A stretch of DNA of 64,000 nt from an uncultured Nitrososphaerota archaeon (GTDB lineage: Archaea > Thermoproteota > Nitrososphaeria > Nitrososphaerales > CADDZS01): positions 2,016,001 to 2,080,000 of the forward strand of contig CAWCYI010000004.1 of assembly GCA_963799845.1 (NCBI GenBank), read 5' to 3'. The translations under genes were made by a program, and so were the position numbers. This document shows, piece after piece, positions 30,810 to 40,475 of the stretch; the first letter of the stretch is position 1; each line of letters begins with the position of its first letter. The notes below the pieces were generated by a model. It was not told where the DNA came from, searched no databases, and was given only the letters and a program-made list of their open reading frames with translations.

Positions 30810-30982
30810 AGAGAATCTTCGAGATCGTCGCCGCTTTCCAGCCTGTCGCTCGTCGAGAATTTAGCTTCCAGTTCCTCGGGCGGTTCCCGATCCTCGCTGG
30901 GCTTCCTCTTGTGCGATTTGCCGAAATGCGGTCGTTTAGATTTGCCACTAGCCGTTCTGTTTGGATAGTGGCGGCTCGGCAT
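30806..30982 (-). CDS. Leader-tagged 58-aa protein (not in ORF track)
   Basis: Manual translation MPSRHYPNRTASGKSKRPHFGKSHKRKPSEDREPPEELEAKFSTSDRLESGDDLEDSL. Confidence 0.7.
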   Translation of the reverse strand: MPSRHYPNRTASGKSKRPHFGKSHKRKPSEDREPPEELEAKFSTSDRLESGDDLEDSL

Positions 30983-30984
30983 GT

Positions 30985-31290
30985 CTATCGCCCAAGCGAT
31001 CTGACGTAACTTTCGTCCACTTTTGCAGTGGCTAGAATATCTCGTCCTTTGTTTCTGTGCCAGACGACCAAGTTGTTCAATGCGTGGATAACTGCACCTG
31101 AGCCGTGTCTTTCGACGGCCATTCGCAGGGCAGCTTCCCTTTCGCCTCTGGACAGATCGACATGGTATCCCTCATCTGTCAGGATCCCTGGGTGGACCCG
31201 AGGAATTCTAATCTTCGGCTTTCTCGTACCACGGGCACGGCCTCTCGACCGCGATTTAACGGTACGTTGCGGGTAATGTTTCTGAGACAA
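30985..31290 (-). CDS. Leader-tagged DUF5771-like small basic protein
   Basis: MSQKHYPQR; 'GILTDEGYH...EREAALRMAVERHG...VIHALNNL...D.SYV' resembles the DUF5771 pattern, by eye. Confidence 0.6.
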   Translation of the reverse strand: MSQKHYPQRTVKSRSRGRARGTRKPKIRIPRVHPGILTDEGYHVDLSRGEREAALRMAVERHGSGAVIHALNNLVVWHRNKGRDILATAKVDESYVRSLGR

Positions 31291-31324
31291 TTCCGTCCAA
31301 TTCTAAAAACACTTTTTCTAGTGC

Positions 31325-31894
31325 ATGGCCAAGAATCCTCGGCATCATTTCTACCTCGCGAAAGTTGGGAAGAAAACTCGATCTCCCAAGCCCAAACCGA
31401 GAGCGAAAAAGAAACCCAGAGCAGTAGAGCCATTTGTATCGGGCGTGAAGGAACTGCGGGAAGAATTCCCGCAGGCGACGATCATCACTGCTAACGGGAT
31501 TTCGACCCCGCCAGAACACGGGATCGAACATTATCAGAAAAGACCTGAACCCGATCTGACGCTGAAAGACCTCGGCCAATATTACGGATCGCAGGAATGG
31601 CAACGGGACCGTCTGACTGGCGTACTTCTAACTGATGGAGTCCGCTACATCATGGAGAACGGGTACGGCTGGTTTGTCTCCGATGCACTTCCAGTATTGA
31701 AAGAAAACGAGGCGAAAGGCGAGGCGTTCCAAGTCGTCGAATTGAAGTTGGGCCCAGGCAAAACAGCTGATCTGACAATCGGTGATGGAAATAATCACCA
31801 GCTCTACAAGAAACACATCAACTACACGGACGCGAAGGCGAAGCCCAAACTCTACTTTACTGATAATGTATTGATGCTCGCTGGCGAGTATTAG
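31325..31894 (+). CDS. Leader-tagged DUF6876-like protein
   Basis: RHHFYLAK leader; DLGQYYGS..LTDGVRY..GWF..FQV..DGN..INYTD..VLMLAGEY. Confidence 0.8.
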   Translation: MAKNPRHHFYLAKVGKKTRSPKPKPRAKKKPRAVEPFVSGVKELREEFPQATIITANGISTPPEHGIEHYQKRPEPDLTLKDLGQYYGSQEWQRDRLTGVLLTDGVRYIMENGYGWFVSDALPVLKENEAKGEAFQVVELKLGPGKTADLTIGDGNNHQLYKKHINYTDAKAKPKLYFTDNVLMLAGEY

Positions 31895-31910
31895 GGCAAC
31901 GGTCTAGCCT

Positions 31911-32348
31911 TTGGCGCGTAAGCACTATCCTTCGCGCCGTCCACGCGCCAGAAGATCAAGAAAGAATCCACTCTACACGGAATCAATCAATCGATTCCGT
32001 ATAATTCCCAAGTGGACAGGTGAGCCAGCTCGCGAAGTACTCGCGAGGATTTACGTTGATTATGAATATGGCGGTGTTTCTGATGAAAAAGGCAACAGCA
32101 TCGCCGTTTTCAATTTTGGAGAACATGGTAAGAAACGGATCAACCTGACTTATTTCGGGCTTGTCGATGGGGTTCCCAGAAGAGCTGGGATCGGTAAGAG
32201 GGCCTTTGAGAATCTTGAGGACCACTTCCACGATCAGGGATTCACGAGAATCACTCTGCAAAATGTGATCGCGTCGGCCGAACCGTTCTGGAAGTACATG
32301 GGTTTCAGTCCAACACAGAAACCGCACGAATGGGCGAAGGAAATCTAA
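31911..32348 (+). CDS. Leader-tagged GNAT acetyltransferase
   Basis: MARKHYPSRR; RRAGIGKRAF (acetyl-CoA motif), AEPFWKYMGF. Confidence 0.85.
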   Translation: MARKHYPSRRPRARRSRKNPLYTESINRFRIIPKWTGEPAREVLARIYVDYEYGGVSDEKGNSIAVFNFGEHGKKRINLTYFGLVDGVPRRAGIGKRAFENLEDHFHDQGFTRITLQNVIASAEPFWKYMGFSPTQKPHEWAKEI

Positions 32349-32597
32349 TTGCCACCACATCATTATCCCAAAAAACGAGGCGGCCAGATCCCGAGACGGA
32401 ATGGATTCCCACGGAAGGAGAACGACGGGGAGGGAATGGCTGGTTTTGCTGCACAAAGAATGATCAAAGGGTACATGGAAAGACGGGACTATTCGGTACT
32501 ATCCGACAGTCCACTTTTGGTCCGCAGGCAATTCCACGATATTGACGTGGAAGCTTCATTCGATCCAATAAAGAACGAATTGGTAGTAACAGCCTAG
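32349..32597 (+). CDS. Leader-tagged small protein
   Basis: MPPHHYPKKR; abuts the upstream stop. Confidence 0.65.
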   Translation: MPPHHYPKKRGGQIPRRNGFPRKENDGEGMAGFAAQRMIKGYMERRDYSVLSDSPLLVRRQFHDIDVEASFDPIKNELVVTA

Positions 32598-32713
32598 AAA
32601 GGCGCAGATGATCAAAAGCCATTCCTAAACGTGCGCGTGGGAAAATTACATTCAATCGATAGCGTTTCAAAAGCCGTGGAATTTGTCGAGACGATTAAGG
32701 CGGACTAAAGTAA

Positions 32714-33106
32714 ATGTCTCACCAGTACACTAACCGCCGCAGCACTCGGTATCGTCCTGGAGTACGGAAGATTCTCAAAGAGATCGAGGCTCGCGCGGCT
32801 CGCGAGGCTATCTCGCGCCACAAAGCTGAGAAAGCCAAACTAGCTGAAAAACTATCTGAGACGGCCTTTAGGCAAAAAGTAGCTGCGCTGAAAACGCTCA
32901 TCGCGAAAGATGCGAAGTTCCGAGAACCACTAACGAATACTGCGGGATTCGAGACTCCTGAATTTTTCGCTGCTTTAAACACGCGAGCTATCGTCAGAAA
33001 GCGGGTCTACACATTGATCCACGAGCTGCAAGAGTCCGCGCCAGAATTTGACTGGACCGCCATTCAGCGGGCTTTTCTGATCATAGATCGCGAACAAAGA
33101 AAGTAG
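32714..33106 (+). CDS. Leader-tagged helical protein (variant leader)
   Basis: MSHQYTNRR. Confidence 0.65.
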   Translation: MSHQYTNRRSTRYRPGVRKILKEIEARAAREAISRHKAEKAKLAEKLSETAFRQKVAALKTLIAKDAKFREPLTNTAGFETPEFFAALNTRAIVRKRVYTLIHELQESAPEFDWTAIQRAFLIIDREQRK

Positions 33107-33126
33107 CTCGGGTAGTGCTTCTGCAT
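33064..33126 (-). pseudogene. Orphan leader peptide (20 aa)
   Basis: MQKHYPSYFLCSRSMIRKAR, preceded by TTTCCTTTTTCTCTTA. Confidence 0.5.
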
Positions 33127-33144
33127 TAAGAGAAAAAGGAAATT

Positions 33145-33657
33145 CTACATCGTCGGGCTAGTGTTCACGGGTTTGGGCGGGAAAATAGTGGCAGAGAGAC
33201 GCGGCCAAAATTTCTCGTGATCTTCATATTTTGCATCATTCCAGCCTGGGTACTCTTTCTTGAGCGCGTCGAGGACGCTGTTCCAAGCCTCGGGTGTAAA
33301 GTGATGAGATCCGTGGACATACCGCCAGTTATCTCGCTTGTATTTTGGTAGCAGAGCTTCTACTGATTCCGAGGAAGGTCCATCGACCCATCTCACGTCG
33401 ATACTCTCGCCGCCAGAGTATTGATCAATGCGTACTGAGGACGACGCATCGGGAAACATTTCTTTCAACTCTACTCTCAGGACTTTTGCAGCATCCTGGA
33501 CAGGCATCTCTTTGAGATCCTTTTCGGAGTACCTAGAGGGAATTATTTTTGGTACTTTCTTCCGTTCATTCCTCTCGATACGGGGCGCACCGCCAGTCGA
33601 TCTTCTGTAATTTAGTACCCGATCATGGGGCTGCCGTCTCGGATAATGCTGCGCCAT
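33145..33657 (-). CDS. Leader-tagged LPD29-like (large polyvalent protein domain) protein
   Basis: MAQHYPRR; AAKVLRVELKEMFP...SVRIDQYSGGESIDVRWVDGPS. Confidence 0.8.
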   Translation of the reverse strand: MAQHYPRRQPHDRVLNYRRSTGGAPRIERNERKKVPKIIPSRYSEKDLKEMPVQDAAKVLRVELKEMFPDASSSVRIDQYSGGESIDVRWVDGPSSESVEALLPKYKRDNWRYVHGSHHFTPEAWNSVLDALKKEYPGWNDAKYEDHEKFWPRLSATIFPPKPVNTSPTM

Positions 33658-34012
33658 TATTGGAAAAAGGAGATTTTCTGGATCGATTGCTACGTGATGA
33701 GAAATTCATCCGTGATGACGACCAGCCTAACAATGGTTAATCTGATCGAGAGATGCGAGATTCTTTTCGGTCTGCCTCGGCCCTTAGCGCGAGCAACAGG
33801 TTATCCGTCAGCTGTACGGTCTTATTCTGTGCCAACTCAAGACCTGATATGTTTCAGGATTTTCTCGCAGCTCTCAAGCATCGATCGTACATCCTCTTTG
33901 CTGAGAGTCCTTTCCGTGAACACTGCGGTGCTACCGAGTCGCCTCTTGATATTGCTGACCTCGCTCTCGACGAGAACAGGCTGCATCGTCATTACAGGTA
34001 AAAAGGAAGATT

Positions 34013-34387
34013 CTAACAGGAAAGGTTAATCGGGGCCGACGCGCTCAAGACGCTCAAAGTAAAGTTGCTGGTCTTACACGTACTCTGGATGATGTTGCCG
34101 TAAGTGATGATCGCGTAGTACGAATGGCTATTGTCCAGACCCGCCGTGTAATTGACAGTGTTCGCGGGGTTTCCAACTAATTGCGAATTGAAAACAACTT
34201 GCTGTCCATGCTCGTAAGTGATCAATTGGATCTGCTGGACAGGATTTCCATTATTCGCCGTTGCCGTTCCGCTGACGCTGACGCTCGGATAAACAATGCT
34301 TGGATTCTGCGAGACGTAGAGAAACCCGCCGATGATGATGACTATTAGGACGACGATGATAACCGCCGCTACTGCCTTTGCACTCAT
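34013..34387 (-). CDS. Membrane-anchored small beta protein
   Basis: N-terminal TM; CTTTTTC motif upstream. Confidence 0.7.
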   Translation of the reverse strand: MSAKAVAAVIIVVLIVIIIGGFLYVSQNPSIVYPSVSVSGTATANNGNPVQQIQLITYEHGQQVVFNSQLVGNPANTVNYTAGLDNSHSYYAIITYGNIIQSTCKTSNFTLSVLSASAPINLSC

Positions 34388-34412
34388 AGACGAAAAAGCG
34401 TAATTCCGAAAG

Positions 34413-35141
34413 TTAGGCTCTTTCTTCTTCGCCGCGTGTTTCTGTCTCAGCTAATTCCTCGGTGGACCGCTGTTGAGAAAGGTGTGGCTGCGCGGGCGGT
34501 CTTGCTACGAAGGCATTGGACGAGAGACGTTGCGCCCAATTCTGCCAGCTTGCGGGATCCACGTCCTTCGGGTTGATCCTAGCATTGACGTACACGATTT
34601 TATTGCCCTGTTCATCCTCGGAAGCTAAAGGCAACGAATCGCCGCCAGGAACAGAGGCTGCTGGAAACATGGCTCTAAAGTAGACCATTCCATCGTCGCT
34701 GCCGATTCTCATCTGATCGGTGTACTGGTATCCGACAGTGATCCCACTCGATTCAGGAAAAAACCATTGGCCATCAGGAGCTTGGATCGCGTACAGGAAT
34801 CGCTTGTCGTTTGGCGAGCCATCCTCGTTGGTAACTTTTGGACTCAAAAGAAACGAAGATCTGAGATCGCCTAACGACTCAAACATGCTTTCGAGAACCA
34901 CGGCGGCCCTAACCTTTTCCACGTCCATCTCGGGATTCTTTTGCAGCTCTTCGTCAAGATGCCCCATATTCGACTCCATCTTTTGCTGAAACACTCCGAG
35001 AGTAGAATTTGAGTTAGAAGCTGGCGGCAACGGTCTTTCGTTATCCGCAAAGTCTTGGGGTGGCAGCAGAGGCATACGGGGCCCTGGTGCGGTCTTTGGT
35101 TTCTTCTGGGAATAGTGGTGGGTGGGCGTTTCGCTCATCAA
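34413..35141 (-). CDS. Leader-tagged hypothetical protein
   Basis: MSETPTHHYSQKKPK. Confidence 0.7.
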   Translation of the reverse strand: MMSETPTHHYSQKKPKTAPGPRMPLLPPQDFADNERPLPPASNSNSTLGVFQQKMESNMGHLDEELQKNPEMDVEKVRAAVVLESMFESLGDLRSSFLLSPKVTNEDGSPNDKRFLYAIQAPDGQWFFPESSGITVGYQYTDQMRIGSDDGMVYFRAMFPAASVPGGDSLPLASEDEQGNKIVYVNARINPKDVDPASWQNWAQRLSSNAFVARPPAQPHLSQQRSTEELAETETRGEEERA

Positions 35142-35359
35142 CGTCGCCGATCTGGTGGACTCTTGGCTATGTGTTCCATTGCCTCGGCTTTATCTTTCAG
35201 CGTTCCGCCGTTCCTGATAATATCTCGCTCGGTTCCGAACACGTAAGCTCCCGCCCTTTTCTTTCCAATCGTTTTTGTGGCACTCGCGAGAGCTCTATTT
35301 CGGATCTGGCGATACTTCGTCATATTCAATCGCCCGCCGTAGTGGTGGCCACTTGGCAT
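35138..35359 (-). CDS. Leader-tagged small basic protein
   Basis: Likely start MPSGHHYGGR at 35359, after TTTTCCTTTTTCCTCT. Confidence 0.65.
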   Translation of the reverse strand: MPSGHHYGGRLNMTKYRQIRNRALASATKTIGKKRAGAYVFGTERDIIRNGGTLKDKAEAMEHIAKSPPDRRR

Positions 35360-35475
35360 AGAGGAAAAAGGAAAATACATGCTTTTTCTTATGTTTAGGA
35401 TGCCGGTGCGCTACAAATTTCTCGCTGTCTCACTGTCGCTAATAATTCTGATTAGTCTGGCGGGCCTCGGCGGTT

Positions 35476-35958
35476 TTGGGTTGCGTTCATCCGCTTCAAC
35501 TGAGACGCGCGCGCGCGCCTCTGGCACTTCCTCTGGATTCCATTCCATTGCAGACTACTGTGAGTACTGCCGAAGCCTTTGCAGACGTAATTTACGTTGA
35601 TCGGACAAAGGGCATTTTACGGCACACTCACACCGAAGATTGCAAGCTCCGTGAAAAATGTCGTGGGGTAGGTCGATGGAAAACGATCTACATGCAAACT
35701 CGGACGGGTCCGCAAATCGGCCCCGTTTTCATTGATTGCTGCGATGAGTGCGGTGGGAAGGGCTGTCTAGTCCGAAAGCGCAAACGGAGAAAAGATGCCA
35801 GAGCTGGACACCAATGGCTCGAAGATGTTGCACCCCAATCAGCGATTGAGTTGATGTGGTCGACACCACTCTATCGCTTCCTGATAGTGGACGGTTCACG
35901 TTTCAGAAAATTGTTTGAAACTGTGGTCGAGATCAACATGCTCGAAGGCGTTGCATGA
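35476..35958 (+). CDS. Cys-rich (DnaJ-type Zn finger-like) hypothetical protein
   Basis: CRGVG and CDECGGKG motifs; start uncertain. Confidence 0.5.
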   Translation: MGCVHPLQLRRARAPLALPLDSIPLQTTVSTAEAFADVIYVDRTKGILRHTHTEDCKLREKCRGVGRWKTIYMQTRTGPQIGPVFIDCCDECGGKGCLVRKRKRRKDARAGHQWLEDVAPQSAIELMWSTPLYRFLIVDGSRFRKLFETVVEINMLEGVA

Positions 35959-36243
35959 ATCTAAATAGACAGCGCGAGAGCGCGTTCTAACTGTCGTAGA
36001 TAATCCAAAGCCTTCTCATCCTCGGTATGCGAGCGAAAAGTCTTGAGATGAGTTTCGCAGATCACATCGTCACCAGCGAGCCAGTTCAGGAATCTGGATA
36101 ACAGACTTTCCATGAGAGTAAAAGGGAATTTACTCGATCTTCTTGAAATTCCCGTACTTCGCCATCTGCTCGTTGATGTACTTCACTAGATAATCCCGAA
36201 CCTTCTGGTGAATATAACTCGGCCCACTTATGAACAAGCAAGT

Positions 36244-37104
36244 TCAGGGAGCCATAAATGCGTTGATATTTTCTCTCGCCCACATTTCAAATGTGCGACC
36301 GTGGTGTCCCGTGAGTCTCTCCACGGTATCAGAAACATATCCAAATTTGCTGCTGCGAATAGCACCAAGCGACTCAACTAGTCCGGCTACGACTTGTGGC
36401 CCAAGACCCATTCTCGCCATCGGTTCTGCCGCGGCGGATTCCGGTACTTCTACGTAGCGGATAGATCTGCCCGTTGCTTTGGACAAAACATTGACCATGT
36501 CGGCGATTGTTAGAGACTCGGGGCCGGTGACATCGTAAGCGTGCCCTAGGTGTCCCGGTTCCGTCAGCACTATCTTTGCAACAGCTGCTATATCGTGTGG
36601 ATCCACCGGGGAAACTCGTCCCTTCCCGCCTGGAAAGAACACGGTATTCTGTTTCTGTATGTTTCTCGCCCACCACTGTATTGTGTTCGACATCATCATG
36701 TTGGGTCGGAGATGTGTCCAGGCGAGACCACTCGCCTCGATGCTCTTTTCATCTTCTCTGTGCCACTTCCCCGGGCCTATCGGCGGGACAGCCCCGGCTT
36801 CAATCGTCGACTGCCTTACGACGTGTTCTACGCCAGCTTCCTTTGCGGCTGCAATCAGGTTTGGTAGCTGGACTGAGCCAAATGTGATGGCGTATACTCC
36901 ACTCACACCATCCATGATTCCGCTTAGTGTTTCTGCTTTCTCCAGGTCGCAAACTCTTACATCAGCACGTCTGTCAATTAATTCTCTCCTAACTGAATCT
37001 CGCGTCAGCGCCCTAACATTCACACCCGAATCTAAGAGTTGGGGCACAAGTTCCTTCCCAACGTTTCCTGTCGAACCAGTCACAAGAATTACTTTCTTTG
37101 CCAC
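36244..37104 (-). CDS. NmrA-like atypical SDR oxidoreductase
   Basis: ILVTGSTGNVG Rossmann motif, WTHLRPN, VDPHDIA, YDVTGPESLT. Confidence 0.92.
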   Translation of the reverse strand: MAKKVILVTGSTGNVGKELVPQLLDSGVNVRALTRDSVRRELIDRRADVRVCDLEKAETLSGIMDGVSGVYAITFGSVQLPNLIAAAKEAGVEHVVRQSTIEAGAVPPIGPGKWHREDEKSIEASGLAWTHLRPNMMMSNTIQWWARNIQKQNTVFFPGGKGRVSPVDPHDIAAVAKIVLTEPGHLGHAYDVTGPESLTIADMVNVLSKATGRSIRYVEVPESAAAEPMARMGLGPQVVAGLVESLGAIRSSKFGYVSDTVERLTGHHGRTFEMWARENINAFMAP

Positions 37105-37452
37105 TGAAAACTTCCCATCAATACTGTAACTATAGAAACGTTAAAGCTTTATTGCTTATGCTTTATCCGTGTCTATTACCATTAACTATGCCTGACGATA
37201 CTGAATGGGATAGATTGGTTATTCGTTTGTACCCGATGAAGCGTTGGCAAGCATTTCTTTTCCTCGGACAAGTTGCAAGACTAAAATTACCGTAGTTGTT
37301 CCACGAGATGAAGGGTCGAACAATATCCTGATTGGCAATGATTATATGAAAAAGACTGGAATGGTGGTCGGCTTTACTCGTCCAAGGATTTTCTCCTGCT
37401 CCCTTCCCTCTAAGAAGGAGGATCAAATCGAAGTTTTTGAACATGATTAGAA

Positions 37453-37746
37453 CTAAAAACTTCTAAAGAGTAGCTTCGTGTTTATTTGTTCCTTGATGAA
37501 TGATGGGCTTAATTTCGTGTAATACTGCAAAATTGTCGCAGGCTTGTCTCCTGCGTTCTCGATTACAATGCTGATTGGGATGTTACTCTCAAAACTAAGC
37601 GTGATGTAGGTGTGCCTTACGCAATGCCAAGACTTTAGTTTGCTCAGAATCCGGCCAGTCCACTTCTGAATCGTTCGTTCCACAGTCTTTGAGGACATAT
37701 CAAAGAACTTTGGACTTCTCTTGTCCACTCTCTCATTTCTCGGCAT
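37453..37746 (-). pseudogene. C-terminal fragment of a tyrosine recombinase/integrase
   Basis: HCVRHTY (HxxR) and GDKPATILQYY (catalytic Tyr region); N-terminal part missing. Confidence 0.8.
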
Positions 37747-38470
37747 CTTGCAACCTTTGATCCGCCCCTGATAGTCGTTCTGTCGCTTTCACAGTTCTTA
37801 GGTACGAATAGATCTCATAAGAAACTATAGCAATCCAAAGTATGATTGATCCGATCAGAAAACGCTCGAATAATCCGCTATAGCTGTTCGAGAAATGACG
37901 GAAGAACGGTCGTACTCCCCAGTAGAATACCATGAACAAAACTCCGATTACCGAAATGGCGAGTGCTAACTTTTTCGTAGGCTCAGGAAGTTTCACGCTT
38001 TTCAGTTGTAGAGATATCGAGAGCTCGCCGAGTGGTGCTGCGATGAATGCGATTATTCCGATCACCGTATGAATCGCCAAAGTCTTGCCTGTGGCCGGAA
38101 AAGCAGCTAACAAGAGAGCTCCGACGCCCCAGATTCCAATTGCATACAGTCCTAATCTGAACCTTCTCGAAATGGCCCCGAGCTCGGGAAGGATCTTGCC
38201 AAATGCATAAACGAAAAGAAGGGAAAAGACACCGCGATTCACGAAGTTGATCGTCATAATATACCCGTAGGGTCCTACTGCAAGCAGACTTTCGGTTTGG
38301 GATATTGGACTATAGTGAGGCGGGAGCAACTGAGCTATGGCGACGAGCGCCACGTAGAGAACGATAAGGAAGTCAATTAAAAGAAATATCCTTAGATCAA
38401 TTGTCTTGTTACCATGATCTTTAGCGGCCATTCTTGTCGGTCCTCCGTGGTGTGTCTTACACAATGCCAA
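37733..38470 (-). CDS. DUF998-like membrane protein
   Basis: YSPISQTESLLAVGPYG, AAFP, H, GLFERF motifs; multiple TMs. Confidence 0.8.
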   Translation of the reverse strand: MALCKTHHGGPTRMAAKDHGNKTIDLRIFLLIDFLIVLYVALVAIAQLLPPHYSPISQTESLLAVGPYGYIMTINFVNRGVFSLLFVYAFGKILPELGAISRRFRLGLYAIGIWGVGALLLAAFPATGKTLAIHTVIGIIAFIAAPLGELSISLQLKSVKLPEPTKKLALAISVIGVLFMVFYWGVRPFFRHFSNSYSGLFERFLIGSIILWIAIVSYEIYSYLRTVKATERLSGADQRLQDAEK

Positions 38471-38495
38471 GATTATGCGGATTTCAAAGTTCTTG

Positions 38496-39077
38496 TTAAA
38501 TCCGTTTACATTCTTTTAGTGCTTTGCATAATAATCGGCGACTGCCCTGAATGACTCCTTCGGTTCCCAAGGCATGTCGGGGTAAGTCTGTGATGATGTA
38601 GTATCCGTGATCCTCAAGCCCAGGGATCTTGAAGGGTTGAGAGTAGATCGCTTTCCCCTCGGGTATGAGCGCCTCTTGTTTCAGCTGATCGAAGGATTTC
38701 GATTTCTTCTCTTGAAGTGGCGGCGTGGGGATAATTGGTGGGATCTGTTTCGTTGTCTCGGGATTGAGACTGTTGATCCGATTATAGAAGGCTAGGGCCG
38801 CTGCATCTTCGTTGGGCTGCGATGGTTCCGCCTTTAGGACAGTCCTTTTCTGATCTGCTTTGAGGCCATAGACAAAATCAGTCTGCCCGTTTCGCAGATT
38901 GTCTGGATATTTCTCTACGTTCTCGGCGTAGATTTCCTTCGCGAGTTTGATCAATCTGTCCAGCGGAGTGCTTCGAGAAACTTTCTTCGGTCGTTTCGGT
39001 CGTTGCGAGTTTTTCTGCCGATGTTTATTCGGGACTAGAAAGAAGCGAGGCTTTCGATTCGGATAGTGCTTATTCAT
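38496..39077 (-). CDS. Leader-tagged hypothetical protein, possibly truncated
   Basis: MNKHYPNRKPRFFLV. Confidence 0.7.
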   Translation of the reverse strand: MNKHYPNRKPRFFLVPNKHRQKNSQRPKRPKKVSRSTPLDRLIKLAKEIYAENVEKYPDNLRNGQTDFVYGLKADQKRTVLKAEPSQPNEDAAALAFYNRINSLNPETTKQIPPIIPTPPLQEKKSKSFDQLKQEALIPEGKAIYSQPFKIPGLEDHGYYIITDLPRHALGTEGVIQGSRRLLCKALKECKRI

Positions 39078-39397
39078 CGGGCAGTATCACGCCTTCCCAA
39101 TATTCGCCGTTCTTCGTCAGGGTAACGTGGTATCCTTTCAGATGATCGATCGCACCACTTGGGCGTTCTTTGATCTTGTCGAGGCAGAGCATCACTTTGT
39201 CTGGACCGCCAACGTTGTAACCCGTATTATTCCAGAGGCCGCCGATGTAGCGTTCAGCAAAAGGATCCGCCTGTCTTGATCCGAATCTTCTTTCCTTTTC
39301 TTGGGCCATTCGATCTGAGCTCTTCCCTCGTATATCCTAAGAACTGGCTCGACCGAATTGTGCGAGTGCGATGCTTGCGCCGTGGATAGTGCTTCAA
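39070..39397 (-). CDS. Leader-tagged protein, frameshifted
   Basis: TTG at 39397 gives MKHYPRRKHRTR..., stopping after 47 aa; the downstream part lies in ORF 39070-39309. Confidence 0.55.
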
Positions 39398-40110
39398 TCA
39401 TCCTCAGCGTAGACGAGTTTTCCGAGTTTGCGATCTAGGACATAATACGTTCCGTTGCCAGTAAGGTGATACTCGCGATTGAAGTTCACGAAACGATCTT
39501 GCAGCTTGTCGGTCCTCAGCTCAAGCTCAATATCTTTGTGCCGTCCGCCGCCGCTGAATGGTTTAGTTTCTTCCTGCACCGATAAGTAAAATCGGTCTGG
39601 CGGATCCGCATCCCAGTGTACTGCACCATACTCGATTTGTAGAGCGTTGGGTGGGCTGCCGATCATCTTCGTTCCCAATCTGTAATATTCATTGTTGCCC
39701 TTTGGATCATCTCCGCGTACGACGTGGCGCAAATCAGTGTGAATGTTGTGCGGCTCGAATCCAGCTTCCAGCAAGACGTGTGGTTTGATGCTGTTCTCAA
39801 TGAATTCTTTGAAGGTCCTGCCGCGAGAAATGTGATAGAGCATTACCAGGCTCTCGAATTCTTTCCATGCTGGTAATTCTAGTGATGTTAGCTTTCTATT
39901 GATGTTAGGCTTCGCACCAAAATCGTTGTCGATAAGATCTTGGAAAGCAACCTCGTTAATGTCTAGGCCCTGTTTTTCGAGATAACCCTGATTTGCTTCG
40001 GCATATTCCCTTTTCGGTTCCTTCTTGGGTCTAACGCCGAGAAAGAAATTATTCGTGGCTTTTCGCGGTGAAGCTTTCGCAGGATAGTGCTTGCGGCCTT
40101 TCGATGCCAA
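39394..40110 (-). CDS. Leader-tagged hypothetical protein
   Basis: Likely TTG start at 40110: MASKGRKHYPAK...NNFFLGV. Confidence 0.75.
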   Translation of the reverse strand: MASKGRKHYPAKASPRKATNNFFLGVRPKKEPKREYAEANQGYLEKQGLDINEVAFQDLIDNDFGAKPNINRKLTSLELPAWKEFESLVMLYHISRGRTFKEFIENSIKPHVLLEAGFEPHNIHTDLRHVVRGDDPKGNNEYYRLGTKMIGSPPNALQIEYGAVHWDADPPDRFYLSVQEETKPFSGGGRHKDIELELRTDKLQDRFVNFNREYHLTGNGTYYVLDRKLGKLVYAEDD

Positions 40111-40148
40111 CTTGATTCCACTAGCTAGTAAAATCACTTTTTCTGTAC

Positions 40149-40475
40149 ATGGCTCGAAAGAAATCCTCTCACCACTACGGCAGCCGTCCACCGCGAGCGA
40201 GGAAGGGCGACCTATCGAGCTTCGTTCCGAAGGATAGAACGCCGCCAGCGGGTCTGCGGGCTTTCGATGCTGAACCACGGAGATTGAAGCGGGAAGGCGC
40301 AGAAGATCACCGTCTCGATTCGACACTTGGGATTTACCTGGACAATCAGGGAAGGGTCGATGATCCCGTGCTAACTCTGGACTTCGAGGAAGATGCCCAG
40401 AAGCTCAGCGATTTCCTTAGGGTTTGTCTCGGTGCTTTCTTCCGTAGTAGTGGTGAGCCATCTACGAGAGCCTAG
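40149..40475 (+). CDS. Leader-tagged hypothetical protein
   Basis: MARKKSSHHYGSR. Confidence 0.65.
   Translation: MARKKSSHHYGSRPPRARKGDLSSFVPKDRTPPAGLRAFDAEPRRLKREGAEDHRLDSTLGIYLDNQGRVDDPVLTLDFEEDAQKLSDFLRVCLGAFFRSSGEPSTRA

Noticed and set aside
37244-37450. Retropepsin-like fragment (ILIGNDY)
   Set aside because: No catalytic DTG motif in frame; too little evidence.
37453-37746. Functional integrase of the large element
   Set aside because: Only the C-terminal ~95 aa is present, inside a host-like island.
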